From contig NC_068991.1 of assembly GCF_001194135.2 (NCBI RefSeq), positions 54,668,799-54,732,798 on the forward strand: a stretch of 64,000 nt of DNA, in the 5' to 3' direction. The stretch is from Octopus bimaculoides (lineage: Eukaryota). Positions 26,005 to 37,863 of this stretch are shown here, piece by piece (position 1 is the first letter of the stretch; every line of letters starts with the position of its first letter). The notes beneath the pieces are model-generated. The model had not been told where the DNA came from and made no database searches. It saw nothing but the letters and a program-made list of their open reading frames with translations. A program made the position numbers and the translations under genes.

Positions 26005-27769
26005 ATACATGTATGTATATATACACAAACACACATACACACACATGTGCATAGAGGTGTGCATGATTTCAGTACAATCTTCTATATCTTCAAATATACA
26101 TTTTTTTTTATATTCTTTGCCTGAGTTGGTGCCAGCAAACAGTCAATTTTCTGTGTCTTCATCTTCTTCATTTGGTTTGAATTCTAGTCACCACATAATT
26201 TCATTCTTGAATGTACTTTTCTTTATTATTTAACGAATGCATATCTTTTACTATTCATTAATTAATTTGTTCATTAACAGATATCTGTTCCTGCTTACTT
26301 ATGTCTTTTTCTATTCTATATTCTGCCTTATTTTGAGTCATATATATTTATTTATTTATTTTATACATTTATCTCTTATTTTCAAACTCTCAAACCTATT
26401 CCTTTATGTTGAATGTTTTTGTATCATTTGAAATATTCTGTCGCTTTGAAATAGTTTATTGTTATTGGTGCTATACAATTTGATAGTTTGTTTTTATTTT
26501 ATTTTTTACATATTTCTTTTTATGCATGAAAAATTTAAAAATCGTGTGTTTCATTACAAATTGAAAATGATCCAAATTAGAAAAATGTAAGCATTTGTGT
26601 GTGTCTAGTTTTTCAAAGACATATATTTAAATAAAGGAATGAAGGGAAATTTTCCTCATGATATTGGTGTTGTTAGTCTTACAGGTATGATAAATATTTA
26701 TAGAAAAAGTAGTTATTCTAATTGAAATACAAATATTTATGGCAGTCAGCAAAAATGTATTTTTTGTAGGAGATGGGGTATTTTACAATACTTTCATCAC
26801 CATCATCATTCTTATCATCTTCCACATTAATATTTTCATTAAAATCATCATAATTACAGTAGTTATAACATGGCTACATATCTGAGTAGTAAATATAACC
26901 TTTGCCAGTTATTAACTCTCTAAACACCATTTATCTGACAAAGTCATTTTCAGAATTCTAAACTATCATATTTTGTTGTACCTCAAGAGGGTCCATATTG
27001 CTTGCACTGGTTCAGTTTTTTCTTTTATCTCTTTTGGTTAAGTGAAGGCAGTGAGCTGACAGAATTGTTAGCATATCGGACAATGCTTGGTGGCATTTAG
27101 TCTGTCTTTACATTCTGAGTTCAAATTCCACTGAAGTCAACTTTGCCTTCTATCCTTTTGGAGTCGATAAAATAAGCACCAGTCAAATTCTGAGGACGAT
27201 GTAATCAACTTACCCCTCCCCTTAAAAATTGCTGGCCCTATGCCAAAATTTGAAGCCATTGTTTTTGGTCAATTGGTTAACTATTTAACCAATTAATTAA
27301 TCAATTGTTTGATTAATCATTCGTTCAGTCAGTCAATCAATCAATCAGCTAGGTGATGAAACAACTTTGACAAACATATCACATGTTCTTTACTCAGTTT
27401 TGAAAATTACAGATGACCAAGTCAGTAAGATAATGGCCAATTAGCTAAAGGAGTAACAGCTTATAATCCTCTCCTGGAACTACACTTTCTGTGAAGAAGA
27501 CACTCAGCACACCCATTAGCTTACAGCACCTCTGGTACAATTCTCCATTGCAATTAATGGGTGTTTATCAAATATCAGTGCTGAATTCAACCGTCAACAT
27601 TAAACTACATCATCAAAAGAGTCCTTTCTCTTTTTCAAGAGAATTTGGTATTATATTAAAGATTTATTCACTACTTTTGGTAGATCAAATGACCATATAG
27701 AGATTTCATCATTGGTTCATCAGAAGCAATTATTAAGTTTCATATTTATCACTAATGATACTATTGTTC

Positions 27770-27912
27770 ATATTTACATCATTTACATTTGATGATTATT
27801 TGTCCTCATCTTGTTTGTTGTTAACACATTTCGGCTGATATACCCTCCAACCTTCATCAGGTGTCTTGGGGAAATTTCAAATCTGGGTTCTCATTCCTAA
27901 GGTATTTTCCAA

Positions 27913-27960
<48 letters not shown>

Positions 27961-28060
27961 TATTATTTATTACTATTATTCAGGTCACTGCTTGGAATCA
28001 AACTCAGAATCTTGGGGTTAGTAGCCCGTGCCTTAACCACTATGCCATATGCCCATGGGC
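27770..28060 (-). mobile_element. tRNA-headed SINE-like element with internal (AAT)n and damaged hammerhead motif (copy 1)
   Basis: Minus strand: A-box TGGCATAGTGG, B-box GAGTTTGATTCC, (AAT)n, GACAC-CTGATGA-A-GGTTG..CAGCC-GAAA-T-GTGTT (CGT deleted). Confidence 0.8.
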
Positions 28061-28315
28061 ATTTAGTTGATGTTTTTCCCAATGGTTGTAATGGTTCCTC
28101 TCACAGACGAGGACATGTCCTGCTCTTTCTGCTATTCCTCTAGCTTTATATGAATCTTCTGGTGTCATTATATTCAAGCCAGGTGATATTAGCTTTGAGT
28201 CTCTACATCTACACAAGAAAGTTAGATGGTTTGAAAGACGAGCTAGTTTTGATGGAGTTTCTCTATATGTCTCTATTGAAGTCTAATGTCAGCTCCATAC
28301 TGATTAGATAATATA

Positions 28316-28544
28316 GTTCTATATTTAAGACATGAGGAATTATGTACATTATTTACATTATTTACATTTGACAGACATTTGTCCTCATCTTCTTTGTTGT
28401 TAACACAACGTTTTGGTTGATATACCCTCCAGCCTTCATCAGGTGTCTTGGGGAAATTTCGAACCTGGGTTCTCATTCCTAAGGTATTTTTCGATGTTAT
28501 TATTATTATTATTCAGGTCACTGAACTCAGAATCTTGGGGTTAA
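28316..28544 (-). mobile_element. Same SINE-like element, 5'-truncated, hammerhead core mutated (copy 2)
   Basis: Reverse complement of copy 3; CCGAAA changed to CCAAAA. Confidence 0.8.
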
Positions 28545-28573
28545 AAGATTCCGAGTTCGATTCCAAGCAGTGA

Positions 28574-28617
<44 letters not shown>

Positions 28618-28787
28618 TCAAAAAATACCTTAGGAATGAGAACCCAGGTTCGAAATTTCCCCAAGACACCTGATGAAGGCTGGAGGGTATATTAGCCGAA
28701 ACGTTGTGTTAGCAACAAACAAGATGAGAACAAATATCCATCAAATGTAAATAATGTACATAATTCCTCATCTCTTAAATATAGAAC
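28544..28787 (+). mobile_element. Same SINE-like element, 5'-truncated, intact hammerhead core (copy 3)
   Basis: B-box GAGTTCGATTCC at 28553-28564, (AAT)n, hammerhead motif at 28665-28710. Confidence 0.8.
28665..28710 (+). ncRNA. Minimal type I hammerhead ribozyme motif
   Basis: Stem I GACAC/GUGUU; core CUGAUGA (28670-28676) plus an extra A; stem II GGCUG/UAGCC; GAAA (28698-28701); palindromic ACGU stem III; GUU triplet 28703-28705. Confidence 0.75.
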
Positions 28788-29847
28788 AATACTATTGTTG
28801 TTATCAAAGTCTCTGAGTTACAGACATAATGATGACAATGACAATATTACAATAGTTGCGTGAAGGCAGCAAACTGACAGAATCATAATGTGCCAAGCAA
28901 AATGCTTAGTGGCATTTCGTCCTTCATTACATTCTGAGTTCAAATTCCACTGAAGCCAACTTTACCTTTCATCTTTTTGAGGTCAGTAAAATAAGTTCCA
29001 GTTGAAGACTGAAGTCGATGTAATCACTTACCACCACCTACACCTCCATGCCAAAATTGCTGGCCTTGTGCGAAAATTTGAAACTAATATTACAATAGTT
29101 GTGTTACTATTGGATTATGCCATTATTGCAAATAACATACCTTTTAATTTAAGATTTCATTCTCAGCAACGTTAAGTGATTCGAATAAAATATTAGCTTC
29201 TGTATGGTGAGGAGATAACAAATACCTCTAAAATCGATTGCACTTACAATCGCTAAATCTTGGGTTTAATTCCCAGATCAAGCAATGCTTTGTGTTCTTG
29301 AGCAAAGCACTTCATTTCCCCTCCGACTGAAAGGGACATTGGAGCAATATGTTATTATCCTTATCCTCATTTTAATATATTTTCTTCCCCTGTTAGTATG
29401 GTTCAGACAGATGTACAATAGTCTTATTTCATGCCTCTTGTTTTCTCCTCCTTTATCATATCTCATCAATCTTACAAGTAGTTTTTCTTCTTACACCATT
29501 TTCACTCTGCATTTTCCATTTATAATACATGTAGTATTATCTCCTGTATATGATGTCTACTTATGATTAGCAACTTTTGTTAGATTATTGCCACATTAGT
29601 ATTTTCACTGAAATTTTTTATTAAAATATAATGTTTTTTTAAGACAGTAGGGTGTGATTTGAGGGAAGGTTCACTTCTGTTTTTAGCAGTTTATGGATAG
29701 AATTTCTCAAATTTTCATCTGTACAATACAATTTGTATATATCACCATTTTCTCAGCATTCATTTGAGATTTTGTTTTTTTTATATATTTCCTGTTCTGT
29801 TTTTATTTCACAAGTTTTATAATTTCTTTTTTTATCATTATTATTCC

Positions 29848-29911
<64 letters not shown>

Positions 29912-29999
29912 GCTCTATTTTGCTGGAAATGTCTTCATCAATTTTAGCTGTCCTGCTTAGTTATCAATTATTACCTTTCATTTGCCTCTGCCCTATCAG

Positions 30000-30079
30000 G
30001 AATTTGATGCTAATCAAGATGGCACCGTATCCCTCAAAGAATTCCGTAATGCAATGGAACAGCAAAAAGTGTATTCTAA
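30000..30079 (+). CDS. RyR: RyR EF-hand 1 exon, variant B (EFDANQDGTVSLKEFRNAMEQQKVYS-N)
   Basis: CTATCAG / GTAAGT; 80 nt, phase 0 to 2; EF loop DANQDGTVSLKE. Confidence 0.93.
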
Positions 30080-33000
30080 GTAAGTCAAAAAGCATGTAAG
30101 AAACAAGAAAAAATAAAGTTAAAAAAAAAATTCTTCTGTTGCTGTTTCCATGACTACTAGCACCACTACTACTACTACTATTACTACTACAACTACTACT
30201 ACTACAAACTTTTGTTGATTTTTTTTTTACAATTGTTGCTATCTGCTCTCATTTGTTTTTAGAGTGTAGTTCCTGCTACAGTTACTTCTATTGCCGTATC
30301 AAAAAAAAAAACAAAAAAAAAAAACAAGACAATGTAGAATGGAATTCAGTGCTTGCTCTATTAGTTTGCATGACAAAACAAGAAGAAAGTTGAAATTTAA
30401 AAAATGTGATTTTTCCAAACATCTTTTTTTGCTTTTCAAACAAAATAAAATAGATTTTTGAGAAAAAAATGTTTTAAATATTTTTGAAGTTTATTGAGTG
30501 GTTTTATTAATTAATTATTTTATTAAAGTTGCTATTTAATTATAGTATTTAGATATGCTGGAATTTGTGTTGGGTGCTTTGAAATTAATCTGGTGAATCA
30601 ATGATTATAATTAATACCTAATTAATTTAACTTGTTATTCTAGGGTTTCAAATATTAATCATTAACAGCCAACATGTATTGCTGCTCATCACTGTCTCGT
30701 TTTCTGTTCCTGTCAGTCTCTTCCCCCAACTCATTCTCTCACTCTTCCTTCTCCATCCCATGATAGCTACCGCTCTACTATCGCCCCTTCTTCAATTCAC
30801 CCACTCAATCTTATTTGAGTTGAATGAAAGGAGAGAATGTAAAATCAAGAGAACTCTTTAATCTTGTAAGGTAAAAAGTAGCCTCTCTAGTAGTGATGCC
30901 ATGTTAAAATGTATCTAGTACACCCTTTTAAAATAGTCAGTGAATAAACAGAGACAATATAGAGTCCTCAGAGAACACTTTCACTTTGTCAAAAGCATGA
31001 CTGTGTCTTTAGTACTGGTATAAATTTAACTAGTTCCAGCTCAAGAGTTACAGCCTTGCTAGGACACCACTGTTAGCATTACTATACCTTCACTACTTGA
31101 AACTTCCTCTGACATGTGGAATTTGGTGAATGAGAATGAAGTGAGTTTGATGCTGCAGTCCTCATCTGCATTTCCTGCTGTGAAGTAAGCTCATCCAGAA
31201 CTCCTGACAGGAGGAAATCCAGTTCTGTTTTGATGATACCTATGTCCACAGCATGCAGGTACTCTCAGGTTTCTGGGGTGAATATTGAAGAGCCGTGAGT
31301 CCTTGAAATCCAAGCTGCTGCAGAATTTGTCTTGATGGCAATGTTGGGATCTTTGACATGCAATGGCACCTCGTTCTGATGTTTGTGTAAAGAGATTAGG
31401 GCAAAAAGGACTCAAGCAATAGAGACCATGCTAAGAAAATGGAATATACAAGCAAAAGGTGGTCCTCCACTCTGTCCTGGGGAGATGGTCAGTAACCCCG
31501 AAATGTGGATTGACTTGAACTATGATAATCCATCCAACCCTTGCCTGCATGAAAAACCAATATGAAATAATGATGATGATGATGACAGAAACAAAGAGAA
31601 GGAGACTGCCCAGATTTCTAAGGTCTTTCATATAAATCTGTTATATGATGAAGAAATAAAATATGATGAAGAAATAAAAATAAACAAAATTGTACAATAT
31701 GTTTCCAACCATGTGACATGTATGCCCTTTCTCATCCATTCTCTCTTTGTCTGTCTCTGTCTCTCACTTTGTCTTTCTCCTCCTCCCCTCTCTATTTCTT
31801 TCTCATCTCTTTTTCATCTCTCCCATGTAACTCTCATCCTTACTTATATTTCTCCTTCCTCTCTTAACNNNNNNNNNNNNNNNNNNNNNNNNNNNNNNNN
31901 NNNNNNNNNNNNNNNNNNNNNNNNNNNNNNNNNNNNNNNNNNNNNNNNNNNNNNNNNNNNNNNNNNNNNNNNNNNNNNNNNNNNNNNNNNNNNNNNNNNN
32001 NNNNNNNNNNNNNNNNNNNNNNNNNNNNNNNNNNNNNNNNNNNNNNNNNNNNNNNNNNNNNNNNNNNNNNNNNNNNNNNNNNNNNNNNNNNNNNNNNNNN
32101 NNNNNNNNNNNNNNNNNNNNNNNNNNNNNNNNNNNNNNNNNNNNNNNNNNNNNNNNNNNNNNNNNNNNNNNNNNNNNNNNNNNNNNNNNNNNNNNNNNNN
32201 NNNNNNNNNNNNNNNNNNNNNNNNNNNNNNNNNNNNNNNNNNNNNNNNNNNNNNNNNNNNNNNNNNNNNNNNNNNNNNNNNNNNNNNNNNNNNNNNNNNN
32301 NNNNNNNNNNNNNNNNNNNNNNNNNNNNNNNNNNNNNNNNNNNNNNNNNNNNNNNNNNNNNNNNNNNNNNNNNNNNNNNNNNNNNNNNNNNNNNNNNNNN
32401 NNNNNNNNNNNNNNNNNNNNNNNNNNNNNNNNNNNTATATATATATATGTATATATATATATGTTTGTGTGTCTGTGTTTGTCCCCCAACATTGCTTGAC
32501 AACTGATGCTGGTGTGTTTACATCCCTGTCACTTAGTGGTTCGGCAAGGGAGACCGATAGAATAAGTAGTAGGCTTACAAAGAATAAGTCCTGGGGTCGA
32601 TTTGCTCGACTAAAGGTGGTGCTCCAGCATGGCCGCAGTCAAATGACTGAAACAAATAAAAGAATAATATATCTTGAAAGAGTTTAACTCAGGTATCTAC
32701 TTCTCTAAGAATGGATAAAAATAGATTGCTTACAAAATTTTAAGCAATTATATCATTCAAGTCAGTGAAGATATCAGTCAAATATGATATTAGCAAAGTA
32801 TGATATCAGTAAAGTAATAATTCATATCAGTTTTATGTATCAAAATATTCAAATATTTTTAGATTTATTTTTTACTCTGACTGTTTTTAAACCTTCATGG
32901 CTACATTTCTTAAGGAATATGTTGTGCAAATGTTTCAATTAATTTAGAAAATAATGAAGATTTTGAAGAAGTTTTATTAAAATAGCTGATGATGTCATCG

Positions 33001-33397
33001 CTAGCATGGTAGTTAAAAATATAGCTTAAAAACGGTTCTCATATAAATTATGATGGAAGATTTTAATGTAAATATAGATATTCTGCAACAAGATGTTTTA
33101 TATCATAAGCCCGAAGACATTGTCAACCAGGCTGGTATCAAGAGGGGTTTTTTTTTTTTTTGTTACTAATCCATTTGAAAATTCAAACACCATATGTGAT
33201 GACGTATAAGACAACCCTTTTTCTCAAGAAAAATATCTTAGAAAATTGCTGCAGATCCTGTATGCAAAATTGGGCCTATATTACATGTTTTAATGCACTA
33301 AATATTTGTTTTCCTGAATGTACTCTGCTGAAAATGAAGTGCGTCTAATATATTTGTGTCTCTTTTAGCTATTAAATATAGGAATTAAAAAGTCTTT

Positions 33398-33660
33398 GGC
33401 TTAGTGGTTAAGGTATTCAGTTCACGGTCATAAGGTCATAAGTTCAATTCCTGGTGGTGCATTGTGTCCTTGAGCCAGACCCTTCACATTGCTCCAGTCC
33501 ACTCAGTTGACAAAAATGAGTTGTATCTGTAATTCAAAGGGCCAGCCTTGTCACCTTCTGTATCACACTGAATCTCCCTGAAAACTATGTCAGGGGTACA
33601 CATGTCTGTGGAGTACTCAGCTACTTGCACATTAATTTGACTGTTCCACTAGAACCTTTG
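33398..33660 (+). mobile_element. tRNA-headed CORE-like SINE family
   Basis: TGGCTTAGTGG A-box, GTTCAATTCC B-box, GTGTCCTTGAGC...CACATTGCTCCAGTCCACTCAG core; copies near 16314-16530, 40073-40320, 45146-45460, 54388-54625 and 60433-60560. Confidence 0.7.
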
Positions 33661-34571
33661 TTGTTTTAACAGATTGAGTGCCAGTACAGTAATTAGAATA
33701 TTAAGCTGTTTGTTTTAGCTGGAAGAAATGTATTTATTTGCTGGAACAGTTAAATTAACTTTTCTTATTATGTTAATACTTTATCCAACTGAATTATTTT
33801 CATAACCAGTTTTAGATTGATCATCAAGACAAGTTTCACACGGCATTTCATTATCCTCATTGTTCATGTTTTTTTTTTTCCTTTTATCTGATATCATAAA
33901 CGAACTCAAAATATATTTATTTCTATATCCTTATCTAATGTGATGTTTTATAATGTTCTATGAAATTTCATATCTAAATAGATATTAAATATTTAGTTTA
34001 ATTTTTTAATAGATTCCTTTTTGTTTTTTGTCTTCTTTTTTCATTTCTTTATCTCCTTTTAGCACTTTCAAATCCTTGCCTCTCTCTGTGTGTGTATGTG
34101 CTTGGCACCATTAACAAACATCATCTGTTTACATTTGTTTTTTACATATGTTTACATGTTACTATATTGACACTGTTTATCAATAACACTAAAAAATGCC
34201 TTATTTTTTCTAAATATTTTATTGTTAATTATAAACATTATTGTTCAATGTCATTAATTACCTTGTGAATTACCTTTGGTTATTAGATGCTACTTTACCA
34301 AGAGATTTTATATATGATGTATATGGTTCAGTCTTTTATAACATAATTTGCTTAAATTATTTTATTCTGATAACAAAAATTACAGGAATCCCTTGGTGTG
34401 TATCTTATCATTTATCAACTTGATTGTATATATATGTATATATATTTTAATAATTTATTATTAATAATAAATTATTAAAATATTTTTCAATATACAACTC
34501 AATTTGATATTATCAAATTGTACTTCCTTGTAAGTTCAGATTTTGTAATTCCCTAACATTATAATATATGC

Positions 34572-34603
<32 letters not shown>

Positions 34604-34609
34604 ATATGC

Positions 34610-34644
<35 letters not shown>

Positions 34645-34682
34645 TATGTATGTATGTATGCATATATATATTTATGTATGTG

Positions 34683-34725
<43 letters not shown>

Positions 34726-35482
34726 GGTTTATTTTATTGTTAATATTAACCAAACCACCAAACATTTCTGATTGCAAACACATATAAATAAAAAGACTTA
34801 AGTATATATTTATATTCATGTATTTATGTTTAAGAGAAAATTGTGTATATCCATACTTATATATATGTATCTACCACAAACATATATATACATCAATCAT
34901 ATATGTTTCTAAATATCTTGTTTTCTCATTATTCATTATGGACAATAATGAATAAATATTATATAATGCTAATAAACCATATTTGTATGTAAAATGTAAC
35001 ATTTTAAAACAGATTTATTTATCAACAATTGATTATTGAACTTAAAACTTTGTTAGATCTTACTAATTAATTAAGATTAGCTTGGTTATTTTGTGATGCT
35101 AAGTTTCCATAATCATTAATTTGCAATCTGAACAATGATTAAGATCATTTTGTATCAGTGAAAAGATAGGAAAAAAATATTCCTGCCCAATGTTAACACA
35201 AACTTATGACAAAGAAAATTAACATTTCAGTGTTTATTTTCTTGAAAATATGTATAAATATTCAAAAGTTTCTACTGTTGTTGTTAATTTCATATTGGAT
35301 AAATAGAAAATATCTGTATAAAATTCAATGGAATTTTATTGATATTTTAAAGTATTTCTCAATAGAAATATTCTTCAAATATTTCCAATTATATTTTTGT
35401 ATTTTTGTGATGATATACTTTTACGCCATTTTTTCAATATGGTTTTATTATGATAAATATTTCATTGTGGCTGTTTTTGCAG

Positions 35483-35644
35483 CGAGGAGATTGATTACAT
35501 CATGATGTGTGTCGATGTGGACCAGGATGGAAAAGTTGATTATGATGAATTTACTGAGCGTTTCCATAATCCAGCAAAGGATATTGGTTTCACCATGGCA
35601 GTCTTATTGACTAATCTTTCTGAACACTCACCCAATGATCCACG
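35483..35644 (+). CDS. RyR: RyR EF-hand 2 exon (EEIDYIMMCVDVDQDGKVDYDEFTERFHNPAKDIGFTMAVLLTNLSEHSPNDP-R)
   Basis: TTTTTGCAG / GTAATG; RFH.PAKDIGF..AVLLTNLSEH motif; phase 2 to 2. Confidence 0.97.
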
Positions 35645-35814
35645 GTAATGAAATAAATTACTATTCGATTTTGATTTTACTCTGTGTCCCCTAAAATCTA
35701 AAACATTCTTGTATTATATGTCAAGTTTTGTACCCATTTTTAATGCCGCTCACAAAAATGGATTTTAATGATTAAATACAGTGGAGTATCCTATATACAA
35801 ATTGTTCTCTAAAT

Positions 35815-36181
35815 CAGTGGTTCTCAATTTGGGTTTATATGGCCCTTCAGGGTCCATATGAGATCTGGTTGTTCAAATTTATGTACAATAAAATAGTTAT
35901 ATTTCTACAATTACACAAAATGTTAAATCATAAGGCACAAAAAGAAAATGACTCCCCAGACACAACAGAATATGCTTCAACACACGAAATCACATTAAGA
36001 ATCTTACAAGCCAAATCCAAAAACAAAACAAAATGTTTAAACATTTTTTAATACAAATCTTAATATTTAATCATAAAAATATAATAGGAGATTTTAGGCA
36101 TCAAACAGCTATGAGGGTGTCTCTTTTGAGTAAAATAGAAATCAATGGTGCCTTTAAGCAAAAAATTGTTGAGAACCATTG
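35815..36181. mobile_element. hAT/Charlie-type MITE
   Basis: TIRs CAGTGGTTCTCAA / TTGAGAACCATTG; 8-bp near-TSD CTCTAAAT / TTCTAAAT. Confidence 0.8.
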
Positions 36182-36846
36182 TTCTAAATTAACAAATTGA
36201 ATAAAAAAATTTTCTGAAGAAAATTATATTCACCCAACAAGGTAAAATTTGAACAACAGAGCACAAGCAGACTATGCATGAATATAAGTGGCTCGGAAAT
36301 ATGTACAAACATTTTGTTAATGTCTATAATGTCTATAATTTTCGTATTTTATACAGAAATTGATAATGTTTCTCATNNNNNNNNNNNNNNNNNNNNNNNN
36401 NNNNNNNNNNNNNNNNNNNNNNNNNNNNNNNNNNNNNNNNNNNNNNNNNNNNNNNNNNNNNNNNNNNNNNNNNNNNNNNNNNNNNNNNNNNNNNNNNNNN
36501 NNNNNNNNNNNNNNNNNNNNNNNNNNNNNNNNNNNNNNNNNNNNNNNNNNNNNNNNNNNNNNNNNNNNNNNNNNNNNNNNNNNNNNNNNNNNNNNNNNNN
36601 NNNNNNNNNNNNNNNNNNNNNNNNNNNNNNNNNNNNNNATATATATATATATATATATATATACATACATATATATATATATATGCATTTGCTGTCAATG
36701 GATGGACAAATAAAACAATTTCATATTTTTATATGGAGTTTGGATACGACTTCTATTTATATGTATTTCAATTAATCATGTAACAAATAATTTGGTTAAT
36801 GAACAGGGCTTCAGAATTGCATATATTCATATATAGGAGCGCCACG

Positions 36847-36879
<33 letters not shown>

Positions 36880-37109
36880 TGTATGTATGTATACATACAT
36901 ATATGTGTATGTATACATACATATATGTGTATGTATATATGTATATATATATGTGAATGTATATATGTATGTATGTATGTATGCATGCATGCATGTATGT
37001 ATGTAGTGTGTGTGTGTGTGTGTGTGAATATTATTTATTTGTTGTCACTTAAACTCTTACTTTTTGGCTTATTGTACAAAGACTATATTTTATTATATTC
37101 TTTCCTTAG

Positions 37110-37266
37110 GCTTGAGCGCTTCCTTGAGAAGGCCCGAAGTGTCCTTGATTACTTTAAACCTTACTTGGGCAGAATAGAGATCATGGGTAGTGCCAACAGA
37201 ATTGAACGTATTTATTTTGAGATCAAACAGTCACAGATTGACCAATGGGAAAAACCTCAAATCAAG
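37110..37266 (+). CDS. RyR: RyR exon ([52 protein letters not shown])
   Basis: CCTTAG / GTAAAT; [10 protein letters not shown]...IERIYFEI motif; phase 2 to 0. Confidence 0.97.
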
Positions 37267-37795
37267 GTAAATAAAGATTACTTCTTTTGATTTTGTTAAC
37301 CCTTTTCCATTCAAGTAACTTTCCTTTATAAAATATTTTTCTTTAGATTTATACATCCACACCGCAACATTCTTCTATATATAAGATGTTTTTCCTATTA
37401 GGAATTCTTCAAACAGAGAATCAAATAATAAAAATGATAATATAATGTATAATGTCCAACCCATGTCAGCATGGAAAGCAGACGTTAAACAATGATAATG
37501 ATGATTTGATTCTCAGTCTGAAGAATTTCTAAAAGGAAATTTCTTACATATTTATTTAACATATACAACTTTGCAAGTCCTACTTCTGCTCATGATTAGA
37601 GATGCACATATCGTTAGCCACTTAGGGACATGCTCAACTGGTTCAGGTCAAACAATTGACAAGCAAATCTGTGCTATTTAACAGAATATTTACTGTAACC
37701 CATCTTTTATACCAAGATGAAACAATGTACATGATAACACTTCCAATCAGTTAGGATGAGAAGCCATGAAGGCCACTACCTGGTACTGCATCAGG

Positions 37796-37863
<68 letters not shown>

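Noticed and set aside
28000-28060. tRNA-like sequence (also the heads at ~33400, ~45150 and ~57315)
   Set aside because: Acceptor stems are incomplete and each runs into a repeat body, so these are SINE heads rather than tRNA genes
27770-28787. Repeated units with spacers suggesting a CRISPR-like array
   Set aside because: Eukaryotic intron with mixed orientations and no regular repeat-spacer period; explained by SINE copies
31080-31570. GC-richer stretch with short ORFs on both strands
   Set aside because: No recognisable domain; probably a decayed transposon fragment, unassignable without a search
32985-33150. NYDGR and YHKPEDI peptides faintly resembling a duplicate EF2 exon
   Set aside because: Different frames, in-frame stops, no usable splice sites
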